Assembly (NCBI GenBank): GCA_038727095.1
Contig: JAVYWK010000003.1
Span: 36,795 to 100,794, forward strand
Direction of reading: 5' to 3'
Length of the DNA: 64,000 bases
Source of the DNA: Thermofilaceae archaeon
GTDB taxonomy: Archaea > Thermoproteota > Thermoprotei > Thermofilales > Thermofilaceae
The notes under the pieces were generated by a model. The model saw only the letters and a program-made list of their open reading frames with translations. It did not search any database and was not told the DNA's origin. Position numbers and translations under genes: made by a program. Below are positions 28,162 to 38,103 of the stretch, piece by piece; the stretch's first letter is position 1; each line of letters opens with the position of its first letter.

Positions 28162-30055
28162 CGCTCCCCCTCACCCTGGCTATATAGAAGCCGCCCCGCG
28201 GGAGCAGCTGCAGCACTGCGTGCCGGGGGATGCGTGCGCGGAGCCCCTTAGCGCGGAGCGCGCTAGACAGCTGCTCAGCGATCTTCCCTGCAGCCTCCTC
28301 CCTCGGCACCCTGCCCGGCTCCAGGACGACCAGGGCCTCGCACTCCCGCTCGAGCGCCGAGGGGGGGCCGGCGAGCAGATCGTAGCTGCCGTCAGAAACC
28401 CTCACCCCAACGGCCAGCTCCAGCTTGACGCCGCGGATGTAGTTCCTCCTCCCGTAGACCATGAAGGCCCCTGTCCCCAGGTACTCCCCGGCTGGCGCCT
28501 TCTTCGAGACCTGCTCGCCGACCACCCAGTAGACGTCCACCGAGGCTAGGCCGAGCTCCCACGCCCTCGAGTAGGAGGCCGCTAGCTGCGCAGCCTCCCT
28601 GAGCGTGGCTTCGCCGACCTGCTTGCCCTCGGTCTTCACCACCACCGCTGGGCCCCCGTGGATGTCGGCGTGCAGGAAGATGTCCCGGGGCCCCAGGTAC
28701 TTCCTCACGATCGCCTCGTTCTGGCTCGCATCCCTCCCGCCGATCACGAGGAACCCCTCGCTCGAGGTGAAGTGGTGGAAGCTCTCGTACCACCTCCTCT
28801 CCCTCCTCAGCTTCAGCACCGGCTGCTGGACCCTCGGCTTGATCTCGGCCGCCACCTCGGCGGCCCTCTCCGCTTTCCGCTCCAGCTCCTTCGCCCTATC
28901 GAAGAGGAGGGAGGCGTTGCGGGCGGCGCTCAGGGCAGCGTCCAACTCCACCTCCACCCCCTCAACCAGCACTTTAACCCTCCCCCTCGCCGGGTCAGCG
29001 TCGACGACCTCCGGGTACTTCGACCTGAGCTCCGCGGCCACCAGATCCCAGCGCAGGCTCGACTTGAGCCTCCTGAAGGCCTCCAGGATGCCCTCGATCC
29101 GCGCGGAGTCCGCCATGAGCCTCTCCCCAGCCCTCCGGAGCAGCGCAGCCCTCTCCGCGAACTCGCGCGCCAACCGCTCCGCCTCCGCAGCCCCGCCCAT
29201 CCGGGGCTCGGGCTGCTGGAGGAGCCTCGGTGTGAAGACCCTATCCACGGCCTCCGCGAAGCTCCCCGCGGGCTCGAGGGGTTCGGCCAGGTGCTCGAGC
29301 TCGATCGGGTAGGCGGCTACAGCCTCCCCCTTCCTGAGCGCGACGCGGGGCTCGAGCTCGCCCCTCAAGACCCTCAGGTAGATGCCCGCCAGCTCCCTCA
29401 TCGCCCTCCACAGCCTATCCGGGCCCAGCCTCGCCGCGTCCTCAAGGGGGTTCAAGCCAGCCCGGTGCAGAGCCTCCGCCACCACTTCGCCGGGCGCGTT
29501 GACGAGCCGCGAGAGGTGCGCAGCCGCCGTGAGGCCCGGCCTCGAGGGAGGGGCGGCGTCGAGGGGGGTGAGGGAGAGGGGGTCCAAGCCCCTCGGGGGA
29601 GGCGGTTGGTAGACCTCGCCTATCGCTACCCTCCGGTCCCTCATCTCCCGCTGCCTCAGAGCGGCCGCGATCCGGCCGCCCTCCACGACCAGTACGTTCC
29701 CCTCCCGAACCCACTCGACCACCAGCTCCACCCTCCGCTCGCCCCTCTCGAAGGTCAACGAGGCGGCGCGGTCCATGCTCAGCTGCCTGACGCACTCCAG
29801 CCTCATCCCCCTCAAGCCCCTCAGGGCTGCGGCAAGCTGCGCCGGCGGCTCCCCCCTGGGCAGCTCGAACCTCGTCTCGTAGACCCCGATCAAGGGGTTG
29901 AGCACCAGCACCCTCTCCCCAGCCATCGGCTCCCGCAAGCGGAGCGCTAGGCCACCCCCCACCCACCACGCCTTCTGCAGCCTAAGCCCCTCCACCGAGG
30001 CGAGCCCCTCCCTGAGGAGAGCGGCGAAGTCAAGAGCAGTCAGCGAGGCTTTCAC
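28136..30055 (-). CDS. rqcH: Ribosome quality-control protein RqcH/Rqc2 (NFACT)
   Basis: Q..MDR, WYESFH, GGRDASQNE, HADIHGGP and KAPAGEYLGTGAFMVYG motifs. Confidence 0.92.
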   Translation of the reverse strand: MKASLTALDFAALLREGLASVEGLRLQKAWWVGGGLALRLREPMAGERVLVLNPLIGVYETRFELPRGEPPAQLAAALRGLRGMRLECVRQLSMDRAASLTFERGERRVELVVEWVREGNVLVVEGGRIAAALRQREMRDRRVAIGEVYQPPPPRGLDPLSLTPLDAAPPSRPGLTAAAHLSRLVNAPGEVVAEALHRAGLNPLEDAARLGPDRLWRAMRELAGIYLRVLRGELEPRVALRKGEAVAAYPIELEHLAEPLEPAGSFAEAVDRVFTPRLLQQPEPRMGGAAEAERLAREFAERAALLRRAGERLMADSARIEGILEAFRRLKSSLRWDLVAAELRSKYPEVVDADPARGRVKVLVEGVEVELDAALSAARNASLLFDRAKELERKAERAAEVAAEIKPRVQQPVLKLRRERRWYESFHHFTSSEGFLVIGGRDASQNEAIVRKYLGPRDIFLHADIHGGPAVVVKTEGKQVGEATLREAAQLAASYSRAWELGLASVDVYWVVGEQVSKKAPAGEYLGTGAFMVYGRRNYIRGVKLELAVGVRVSDGSYDLLAGPPSALERECEALVVLEPGRVPREEAAGKIAEQLSSALRAKGLRARIPRHAVLQLLPRGGFYIARVRGSVDGRPPVL

Positions 30056-30098
30056 GCCAATGTGGTTCAGCCGCCACCATTAAAAACCGGCCGGCGCG

Positions 30099-30329
30099 GT
30101 GACCCGCGTGGGGTTGAGGGATAGCGCGCACATCCTCACGGGCTTGGCCTTGGGCGCAGCTCTCGGCGTACCGCCAGCCCCCCCGATCCTCGGCTACCTG
30201 GCGGCGCTCGCCGCCGCCCTAGCCCTCAGGAGGCTCGGCTTCCTCCGCGGAGGTAGAGGGGCGCTCGAGTACTTGGGGGCGCTGGCCGTCTCGTGGGTCG
30301 TGGCTGCCAGCCTCCTCCACCTGCGCTAG
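30099..30329 (+). CDS. Small membrane protein
   Basis: Hydrophobic 76-aa ORF filling the gap, TATA-like ATTAAAAA upstream. Confidence 0.55.
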   Translation: MTRVGLRDSAHILTGLALGAALGVPPAPPILGYLAALAAALALRRLGFLRGGRGALEYLGALAVSWVVAASLLHLR

Positions 30330-30964
30330 GCGTCCAGAACCCCCTCCTCCGCCAACCTGAGCCTGCACGAGGAGGAGCGCGGCAGGACCAGCGAAGCCTC
30401 CACCAGGCCCTCCCCCAGCGGCTTGAGCAGCAGCCTCCTGTCGACCCACATCGACGCGTAAGGGTCTCCCACCACCCTCCCATCCCTCACAGCGCTCGTC
30501 ACGACGGCTACGCCCCCCCAGAGCGCCAGGCGCTTGAGGATGGCCGCCATCCTCCCCCAAGCCCTCCTCGCCTCCCCGACGCTGCGGGGCGCGGCAAAGG
30601 GGCAGGCGAGCGAGTCGATAACCACTAGCTCCACCCCGAACCTCTCGAGCGAGAGCACCAGCTCAGCCAGCTCAACCTGGGAAACCGCGCTCGCCACCAG
30701 CACTCTCCTCAGGGCCTCCTCCGGGTCGAGTCCCCTGTACCTGGCCATGCTGATGATCCTCTCGGGCCTGAAGGTGCCCTCAGTGTCGATATAGAGAGCC
30801 CTACCCGAGAGACCACCCTTCTCCCGCGGAAGCTGAACCATCACAGCCAACTGATGGCAAAGCTGAGTCTTACCGGAGGCTGGGGGGCCCGCGACCTCGA
30901 GCACCAGCGGAGGCTCAATACCGCCCAGCAGCGAGTCCAGGCAGCGGCAACCCGTGCTAAGCAT
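30326..30964 (-). CDS. RadA/RadB-like recombinase paralog (no N-terminal domain)
   Basis: STGCRCLDSLLGG, Walker A GPPASGKT, YIDTEGTFRPER, Walker B LVVIDS. Confidence 0.88.
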   Translation of the reverse strand: MLSTGCRCLDSLLGGIEPPLVLEVAGPPASGKTQLCHQLAVMVQLPREKGGLSGRALYIDTEGTFRPERIISMARYRGLDPEEALRRVLVASAVSQVELAELVLSLERFGVELVVIDSLACPFAAPRSVGEARRAWGRMAAILKRLALWGGVAVVTSAVRDGRVVGDPYASMWVDRRLLLKPLGEGLVEASLVLPRSSSCRLRLAEEGVLDA

Positions 30965-31523
30965 CCAGCACCCCCTCCTCAGCCAGAACCACAGCAGTGG
31001 AGCCGGGGGGCAGGTGGGGGGCGCGCACCAGCTCCACGAGCCTCCTGCTACCCCCCAGCTTCCTCATCAGCAGGCTGTACTGGCAGCCCAGAGCCATCGC
31101 CAAGCCCCCCGCTGGCCGGTCGGCGGACATCCTGTTCGCCACAACCACCACCCTGCCGCCCGAGGCGGCCTCCCGCAGCATCGAGAGCAGCCTGGAGACC
31201 GCGCGCTGCCTCCTAGCCAGCGCCTCCACCCCCTCACCCACCTCCAGCGGAGCCACGAGAGTATCCACCACGATGAGCCTCGCACTCGAGCCGCGAGCTG
31301 CAAGAACGGCGGCTAGCAGCGCCCCCTCGCTCCTAGCCTCCACGTACTCAATCCCGTCCAGAGCCTCCTCCGGGTCGAGTCCCCTGTACCTGGCCATGCT
31401 GATGACTCTCTCGGGCCTGAAGGTGCCCTCAGTGTCGATGTAGAGAGCCCTACCCGAGAGACCACCCCTCTCCTGCGGAAGCTGAACCATCACAGCCAAC
31501 TGATGGCAAAGCTGAGTCTTACC
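30714..31523. repeat. 161-bp near-identical direct repeat shared by the two RadA paralogs (30714-30874 and 31363-31523)
   Basis: Manual alignment: 5 mismatches in 161 bp, no indels. Confidence 0.92.
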
Positions 31524-31796
31524 AGCACCAAACTCGCCCGCCAGCTCGTACACGTAGCCCACCTCCAGCCCCCCACCCAGCAGCCGGTCTAACATGCGGC
31601 AGCCGGTGCCGAGGCGCTCCAAACCCCTCCTACGCGCGGAAACCTCAACCCCACTGACAACATTGGGCTCCAAGCCGAGCCGAACCCTCCCCACATACCT
31701 CCCGAGATCCGGGTCGAGGAGGGCTGCGTCAAGAGGGGACTTAGCCCCGAGCCTGCGGAGCCTAGACTTCACACCCCTACTCAGGTAGACTCTCAC
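30957..31796 (-). CDS. RadA-like recombinase paralog with a short N-terminal extension
   Basis: TGCRMLDRLLGGGLE, GEFGAGKT, YIDTEGTFRPER, LIVVDT. Confidence 0.88.
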   Translation of the reverse strand: MRVYLSRGVKSRLRRLGAKSPLDAALLDPDLGRYVGRVRLGLEPNVVSGVEVSARRRGLERLGTGCRMLDRLLGGGLEVGYVYELAGEFGAGKTQLCHQLAVMVQLPQERGGLSGRALYIDTEGTFRPERVISMARYRGLDPEEALDGIEYVEARSEGALLAAVLAARGSSARLIVVDTLVAPLEVGEGVEALARRQRAVSRLLSMLREAASGGRVVVVANRMSADRPAGGLAMALGCQYSLLMRKLGGSRRLVELVRAPHLPPGSTAVVLAEEGVLDA

Positions 31797-31842
31797 AGCA
31801 CACCGCTGAGGAAAGGCTGATAAGATTAACTGGGAAGCGAGT

Positions 31843-31868
31843 AAGAAAAGAAAAAGAGGTAAAAAATA
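31843..31868 (-). terminator. Pyrimidine/T-rich terminator after the S-layer-like gene
   Basis: Minus strand reads TATTTTTTACCTCTTTTTCTTTTCTT just past the stop. Confidence 0.55.
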
Positions 31869-31884
31869 GGTTATTTATCCGCTT

Positions 31885-34800
31885 TTATGCGCCCTCGGGC
31901 TTAGCCGGTACGATGGCCCTAGCCAGCCTCCTCCGCCTCCAGACAGCGTACTCGTGAGCGATGATGAACAGCACGATCACCAGCACAACGATGATCAGCA
32001 GCAAGCCGACGAACTGGCTGAGGCTCATCTCCCAGCCGGCCAGCGTCATGAACACGTCGACCTGTAGAGTCTTCTCAACGAGCTCGCCACCGCGGAATGT
32101 GACTTCCTTCACTTTAACATCATCCGAAGAACGCATACCACCCTTCTCCGCGATTACTTCGTATTTACCAGCTGGCAGCTCCACGGCGTACTTGCCGGCA
32201 GCGTCCGTGGTGCCGACAGAATATGTGACGCCGTCACGGATGATCGAAACCTTAGCGCCCTCTAAGCCCTGCCCTCTCGAACCGACCACGGTTACGATCA
32301 GCTTACCGATGTTGCCGACGGTGACCGCGCCTGTGACGCCGGTAGCCTTGAAGTCGATCGGCATGCCGTTCCACGTCGTCACAGTTACGTCCACCTTGCC
32401 CAGCGGCGCCTCCGGTACGATGATCCTGCCCTGAGCGTCAGCGGTGAGCGTCAGCGTAGTGCCATCCTCTTTCGTTGCGGTGACCGAAGCGCCGGCCATC
32501 GGCGTGTTGAACGGCGTACTCAGCGTGATCGTAACGTCAGTCACGTCGACGTAGACCGGCTCCCTAACCTCCGGCGTGTCGAGCTTAGCCCTATGGATCC
32601 TCAACGTCTTCTCTGCGATCTTCTCCTTGACGCCTGCCCACTCGACAACCACCTTATAGTCGCCAGCCGGGCTCTGCGGGTTCGGCGACTCGGGGTTGTA
32701 GGCAGCGGTAGCCTTCTTGACCTTTTCCGGCCCCGGCCACTCCTTCACGGTGTCCTTGTTGAGGATTATCGGTGCTACACCGTCGGTGCCCGGCTTCACC
32801 AGCGTGGTTACGCCGTCGGGCCAAGTGATGGTGACTGTAATCTTCGCCAGCGCATCTGGGCTTAAAGTCTTGCCCTCCTTCGTCTTCAGCTCGATCAGGC
32901 CGATGTACACGAACGTCTTAATCGTGCCGCCAGCCGAGGTTACGAAGCCGCCTGGCACTGTGAAGACGCTGCTGGCGAAGAGCCTGGGCGTGATCTCGTC
33001 GGCGAAGCTGTCGTAGATGTTTATGTACCTCGGTATCGCTCCGGCAGCGGCGAGCAGGTAGCTGTCGCGCCAGTACACGGTCACCGTGTAGGCGCTACCT
33101 GGTGTGACCAGCAGCCTAGCGATCGCTGAGCCCGCGAACGGCTCGCTGAACGCAAAAGTTGTAATGCCGCCACTTGCAGTCGGGTACATCTTCGTCGCCG
33201 CCACCATCATATTGACAAGCGGCTTACCGCTCCAGTCCTCAATCCACAAGTAGATTGCCTCCCACCTCAGAGTAACACACTCCTTGAAATCGTTGTGATC
33301 TTCATCAAACTTTACAGTGGTACTCAATATTTCTGGACAGAGGTTAGCCTTAGCCTCGTCAAGTTCATATGGTTTCAGCCTGTCCTCAAAGTTTTGCTTT
33401 GTAGAGATGACATAGTCTATCTCAGGCAGCCCACCCTGAATTCCAGTGAAATTGTCTACCCTGAACTTGTAGGCGAAAACGGCAGGCGGTCCGAACTTAA
33501 CCTTGCCCTCCTCCCCATCCTTTGTCTCAGTCCTACCTGATGAAAGGAATAACGACTTGCCTGTCTCGCCAATAGCGGTGACGTTAACAGGTACGTCACC
33601 AAGTCCCTTCTCCGTCGCTCCTGGGCACGGTGGAGGTGCAAGTACTGTGACGCAGAAGCCATCCATCGCTACCGTCCTTACAGTCTTGCTCGCACCGCTC
33701 CAGTAGGTCATGTTCCAGAAGTCGCCCAGGAACCGGGTGTTGTTGCCCCTGAAGGTTACGCCATCCTTAGTCCACACCGGGTAGAACTCTCTTGCATCAA
33801 TCACTATCCTCTTCGCGGTGTGGTTCCAGTTAACGATGTAGCCGTACAGACTGTGAGGTATGCCAACGCCTGTAGCGTTCGGGAGTGTTAGTGTGTAGGC
33901 CAGCGGCGTGTCCGGTACACCGGGGCTCGTCCAATTGCTGCCGGCGAGCACGGCTACATGCGTGATTTCAGCACCGAACCTGACGTTGCGTATCCATGGT
34001 TGGCCTGTTCTGCTGGGCAGCCAGACTGGCACCTGTATCTTGATCACGCCATCTTTGTCGCCCTTAGCATTCCAAGCGTAGCAGGTCCACATGTTTGTCC
34101 AAGTTGCAGGGTTGGACAGTATGTCGTACTCGCCGCCGACGATCGTCCAGTTGAGCACATCAGTTCTGATGAGAGTCAAGTTGAGCGACGGCACGGTGTA
34201 TTTGCCGGCGTTGGTGTATGTCTTCACTTCGAGTGTCTGTACCCATGTTACTAGCCTCAGCTGCGCGTCTGCTCTCCCACCGCCATCGCGCCAGCTCTTG
34301 GCTCCCTTGAACACCATTATCGGGTGCGTTATGCTACCCTTACCGTCTGGCAGCCAGGTGTAAGCGTAGGTTTCGCCTTCGACTTCCGTTACTTCCTTGC
34401 TCGTCTCGTTGAAGAGCACAGTCTTAGTCTCAAATGGCCTTGGTAGTGTAATCGTGTAGTTATAGACGAGGACACCTCCGTGGAAGACCATGAAGTGATA
34501 TTTCGCTCCAGCAACAAACAGGTGCGGCTTTATGCCGATCTTCTCCTGCCACGTCGGATCCTCTGACTCAAAGTACTGCTGCGACCAGAACGTGAAGACC
34601 GCCGCGGGCTCCTTCTCCGTGGTGGCGTTCAGGATCCTGAAGTCCACCAGCACGTAAGCGAGCGGTATTTCTGGGCACAGCTCGGGGCAGCAGGTCGCCA
34701 GCTCCTCGTAGGCTTGGTCCACTAGGATCACGGTCACAGGGTAGTATCCGATGCTGGTCTTGAAGTGCTCCAACACTGTGCCCGCGTGGTCAACTGCAGC

Positions 34801-37143
34801 AACCTTGAAGCTGTAGATCCACGTCGGCAACTCGAAGCTTACCGTGCACGCCGGTACACCGCCGGGAGCCAGTTTCTCCCACTCGAGCGTCTCGTTCAAA
34901 ACTAGGAGGTTGCTGTCAATCGGTCTTGTGTAGGGCGTGTCATGAGTGTAAGCTAGTACGCGGATTTCGTTGCGGGCAGGCTCGAGAGGAAGTAGCGGAA
35001 CCTTCTTGAAGACAACGTGCCCAGTGCAGTTGGTTCTAGCCCAGCCCTCGCGGTGTACTTCTTTCCCGTCCTTGAAGTAGGCTATCGTGACGTTAAGCCC
35101 CTGAAGCGGGGCATTGACATCCCACATGGTTAGCTTAAGCACAACATCACCTATTGGGAATACGAGTTTCGGTACATTATAGGCGATATTCGCGTCAACC
35201 TTAATCAAGGGCTCGGGTGTGCCAGGCGGTGTAACATTCGCTCTCAGCATCACACCCTTCCACGATAACCTCAACTTTAAGTCGCCACCCGGTATGAACT
35301 TGAGGAAAACGCTGCCATCAGGGCCAGGAGTTGTAGAGCTGATCAACACGTCGTTTAGGAACACAGCAACAGTGGCACCCGGGAACTCGGCTGGAGTAAT
35401 CGGCCGGCCACACAGGTCGAGCAGCTGAACCTTAACCTCGAACACGTTCACGTAAATGTTGAACGATAGTATCCCACATCCGGCCTCCTCGATGTACCTC
35501 TTCGGGTTCAGCTTAATCGTCGAGTTCTCCGGGTCAGTCACCTCCACCCACGTTGTTCCACCGGGCATCCTCCACCAAACCCGCACCCTGTAAATGAACT
35601 CAAGATCCTTACTCTTGTTGAACTCGTAAGGCACCGGTAGGTAACCGTATAGTTCGTTGTAGTATAGCCAGTACACTGGCCACTTTACAGCACCCCAAGC
35701 CGTCTCGCCACCGGGCAGTCCAATGTCAGCGACACCGGCGGTTTCAAAGGGCGGCATTTGAACGTAACCGCCTCCAAAGGTTGCGGTGTATATAGGGTCG
35801 ATTATGCCCGCTTCGATCATGACCCGCGCCTCATCGAGAGGCTGCGGATTGTCGGGCTGCTTATCGAAAACTTGTATCTGCACCTTTATCACGGTCACAG
35901 GCGTACTTATCTCAATGTAGGGGCCAGCGAAAGTCGCGGTACCCGTAACCATGACGGTCTCGAAGAACGTGACGCTCCCCTCAACTTCAACCTGGGTTAG
36001 GTTCAGAGCGATCGAGAGCACAGGTACGTTGTAGAAGGTAATCACGATCGATACTTTCTTGTTGTAAACTAGCGAAACGTCCGGAATGTAGAATTCACTG
36101 CCTACAGTGGGAGTTCCACTCCTCAGAACCAACAAACCGTCAATATCGGCTTGAATAGCAATAGCCCACTTAGCCAAATCGCCCAGCAGCAGATCATTTC
36201 CGCATAGATCGGTTAAGCCAGTTAACTTAACGGTGTACGTGAAACCATAATTTGTAATATCATTCACCTGTCCTGGGGTCAGCTGCTCTAGCTCAAGCTT
36301 TAGATCAGGGTACAATCTAGTTCCTATCAAGGATGTGTAGTTGTAGTAAGGTGTCCCATCTGCTATTCCGACAGCGATCAGATCCTTCCCGACGAGCACG
36401 GGTACGATTGTGTCTTTACCTTTGCGCAGGTTCCAGTACATTTCTTTGGTGAAGGTTACGTTCTTCTTGCTGGCAATTAGGAACCAACCCTCCCTCGGAA
36501 TCTTGAATGTGACCTCGGTGTCGGAGATGTTGAACAGCTTATCGGGTTCACCGTTCTCATCGGCCCATATCTCCATTACCTTAACGTTGTCTAGGTACAC
36601 ATTGAAGCTCGCGTTCTCAGGGCCATACAACGGCGATACGCTGTAGAGAGGCATGTCATGTCTGTAGTCCCAGGCGATGAATCTGAACGTCCACCAATGA
36701 TCGGCAGTAACGGTCTGGTTAATATAATTGTTAAGGAGGTCATCTATTGTGAGGTCGGTGGCCTGGTGTAGCAGGAACCATCTATCGTACTTATATATCG
36801 CGATGGTGATGTTGTATGTCCCACTGGAATCCGTGTATAGTGGTGCTATGCCGGTCAGCTTCAGTTCAATCCCGCCTGTCTCATTGGTTACGCCCTCGAC
36901 GTAGGCGATCGGGTACCCGTTGGGGTATACTGTCCTAGCTGGATCGCTTTGGTTCCAAATGACGATCCTAACCTTTTCATTGGCTAACCGTCTGCCAAGC
37001 TGATCCTCAAGGTTCATTGTTATTTTGGTGATTTCCACCCGTGGTTGCGCTGCAGCTAGCGGTGCAATTGAGGCTACGGCTAGGACGGCTGCTAAGACCA
37101 GCCCAAGGGCTAACAGCGCCTTGATGTCTACTACCCCTTTCAT
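31885..37143 (-). CDS. Large cell-surface (probable S-layer) glycoprotein
   Basis: 1752 aa; signal peptide, beta-rich Ig/carboxypeptidase-regulatory-like repeats, many N-x-S/T sequons, C-terminal TM followed by RRRR. Confidence 0.85.
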   Translation of the reverse strand: MKGVVDIKALLALGLVLAAVLAVASIAPLAAAQPRVEITKITMNLEDQLGRRLANEKVRIVIWNQSDPARTVYPNGYPIAYVEGVTNETGGIELKLTGIAPLYTDSSGTYNITIAIYKYDRWFLLHQATDLTIDDLLNNYINQTVTADHWWTFRFIAWDYRHDMPLYSVSPLYGPENASFNVYLDNVKVMEIWADENGEPDKLFNISDTEVTFKIPREGWFLIASKKNVTFTKEMYWNLRKGKDTIVPVLVGKDLIAVGIADGTPYYNYTSLIGTRLYPDLKLELEQLTPGQVNDITNYGFTYTVKLTGLTDLCGNDLLLGDLAKWAIAIQADIDGLLVLRSGTPTVGSEFYIPDVSLVYNKKVSIVITFYNVPVLSIALNLTQVEVEGSVTFFETVMVTGTATFAGPYIEISTPVTVIKVQIQVFDKQPDNPQPLDEARVMIEAGIIDPIYTATFGGGYVQMPPFETAGVADIGLPGGETAWGAVKWPVYWLYYNELYGYLPVPYEFNKSKDLEFIYRVRVWWRMPGGTTWVEVTDPENSTIKLNPKRYIEEAGCGILSFNIYVNVFEVKVQLLDLCGRPITPAEFPGATVAVFLNDVLISSTTPGPDGSVFLKFIPGGDLKLRLSWKGVMLRANVTPPGTPEPLIKVDANIAYNVPKLVFPIGDVVLKLTMWDVNAPLQGLNVTIAYFKDGKEVHREGWARTNCTGHVVFKKVPLLPLEPARNEIRVLAYTHDTPYTRPIDSNLLVLNETLEWEKLAPGGVPACTVSFELPTWIYSFKVAAVDHAGTVLEHFKTSIGYYPVTVILVDQAYEELATCCPELCPEIPLAYVLVDFRILNATTEKEPAAVFTFWSQQYFESEDPTWQEKIGIKPHLFVAGAKYHFMVFHGGVLVYNYTITLPRPFETKTVLFNETSKEVTEVEGETYAYTWLPDGKGSITHPIMVFKGAKSWRDGGGRADAQLRLVTWVQTLEVKTYTNAGKYTVPSLNLTLIRTDVLNWTIVGGEYDILSNPATWTNMWTCYAWNAKGDKDGVIKIQVPVWLPSRTGQPWIRNVRFGAEITHVAVLAGSNWTSPGVPDTPLAYTLTLPNATGVGIPHSLYGYIVNWNHTAKRIVIDAREFYPVWTKDGVTFRGNNTRFLGDFWNMTYWSGASKTVRTVAMDGFCVTVLAPPPCPGATEKGLGDVPVNVTAIGETGKSLFLSSGRTETKDGEEGKVKFGPPAVFAYKFRVDNFTGIQGGLPEIDYVISTKQNFEDRLKPYELDEAKANLCPEILSTTVKFDEDHNDFKECVTLRWEAIYLWIEDWSGKPLVNMMVAATKMYPTASGGITTFAFSEPFAGSAIARLLVTPGSAYTVTVYWRDSYLLAAAGAIPRYINIYDSFADEITPRLFASSVFTVPGGFVTSAGGTIKTFVYIGLIELKTKEGKTLSPDALAKITVTITWPDGVTTLVKPGTDGVAPIILNKDTVKEWPGPEKVKKATAAYNPESPNPQSPAGDYKVVVEWAGVKEKIAEKTLRIHRAKLDTPEVREPVYVDVTDVTITLSTPFNTPMAGASVTATKEDGTTLTLTADAQGRIIVPEAPLGKVDVTVTTWNGMPIDFKATGVTGAVTVGNIGKLIVTVVGSRGQGLEGAKVSIIRDGVTYSVGTTDAAGKYAVELPAGKYEVIAEKGGMRSSDDVKVKEVTFRGGELVEKTLQVDVFMTLAGWEMSLSQFVGLLLIIVVLVIVLFIIAHEYAVWRRRRLARAIVPAKPEGA

Positions 37144-37591
37144 GCGGGGTCGCGTAAAGGGGCTCCATGGGGGTATTTATGAATAACATAGTTCCAAACT
37201 TTAGAAAGCAGCATCTAAGCTAACGTTTCTTCATTTTTAGTCTAAATCGGGTGCTCGCCTAGAATCGGAATCACGCCACGAGCCCAGCCGATCTAGCCCG
37301 AGAAGCTAGCTGCGCCTCCAATTTCTCGGAGTGGATGGGTTCAGGCTCCATACTGGCGTGACCTCTCGGCTGGGCTCGCGATGCCGCTGTACCGGTCAGC
37401 TCGGGTGGCGCTCCCCATCCTGATGCTTTAGCCGTCCGGTAGCTCCTCCGAACTGCCTGGTGCTCCAACTGAAGCCCACTTACTCTCACCCCATGATGCT
37501 ATAATTGGCGCACCGGTTTTCAGGGGTTTGGCTTGGACTGTGAGCGGGAGTGTGAGAGCTCGCTTTAAAGGCCGAGCTCGCTGCTGGGGTT

Positions 37592-38098
37592 GTGGCCTTG
37601 AGCTACGATTTACTGGCACGCGTTTACGATCGGCTCTACTCGCAGGAGCAAGCCGCGAAGATTCGGGTTGTGCTTGAGCTTCAGCCGCCTTTGGAGCCGG
37701 TGTTGGACGTGGGGTGCGGTACGGGCCTCCTCCTCGAGCGGTTGCTGTGCTACTGCGTGGGCCTCGACCTTTCGCTGGGGATGCTCAAGGCTGCTAAGGC
37801 GAGGGGGAGGGTCAGGCATGGGGATCTTGTCTGCGGGGATGCAGAGCAGATGCCCTTCAGAGACTCATCCTTACGCACGGTTTACTCCGTAACGGTGCTG
37901 CACGAAGCCCCCCTTGCGCTGGATGAGATCCTAAGGGTTCTGAAGCAGGAGGGCAGGGCCGCTGTAACGCTGCTGAGGAAGAGGATTGAACTGCTACCCA
38001 AGCTGCTGGAGAAACTGAATGGCGCGGAAGTCTACGACGAACCTGACTTGAAGGACGTCGTCATAATCTTCAAAGGGAGAGAAGGCGGGAGCGAGTGA
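37592..38098 (+). CDS. Class I SAM-dependent methyltransferase
   Basis: VLDVGCGTG, GLDLSLGML, GDAEQMPF and EILRVLK motifs. Confidence 0.92.
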   Translation: MALSYDLLARVYDRLYSQEQAAKIRVVLELQPPLEPVLDVGCGTGLLLERLLCYCVGLDLSLGMLKAAKARGRVRHGDLVCGDAEQMPFRDSSLRTVYSVTVLHEAPLALDEILRVLKQEGRAAVTLLRKRIELLPKLLEKLNGAEVYDEPDLKDVVIIFKGREGGSE

Positions 38099-38103
38099 GA
38101 ACG

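Noticed and set aside
28658-29950. 430-aa plus-strand ORF and other long antisense ORFs (e.g. 310-870, 3683-4261, 5528-6268, 26383-26976)
   Set aside because: Antisense shadows of well-supported genes, with no motifs of their own
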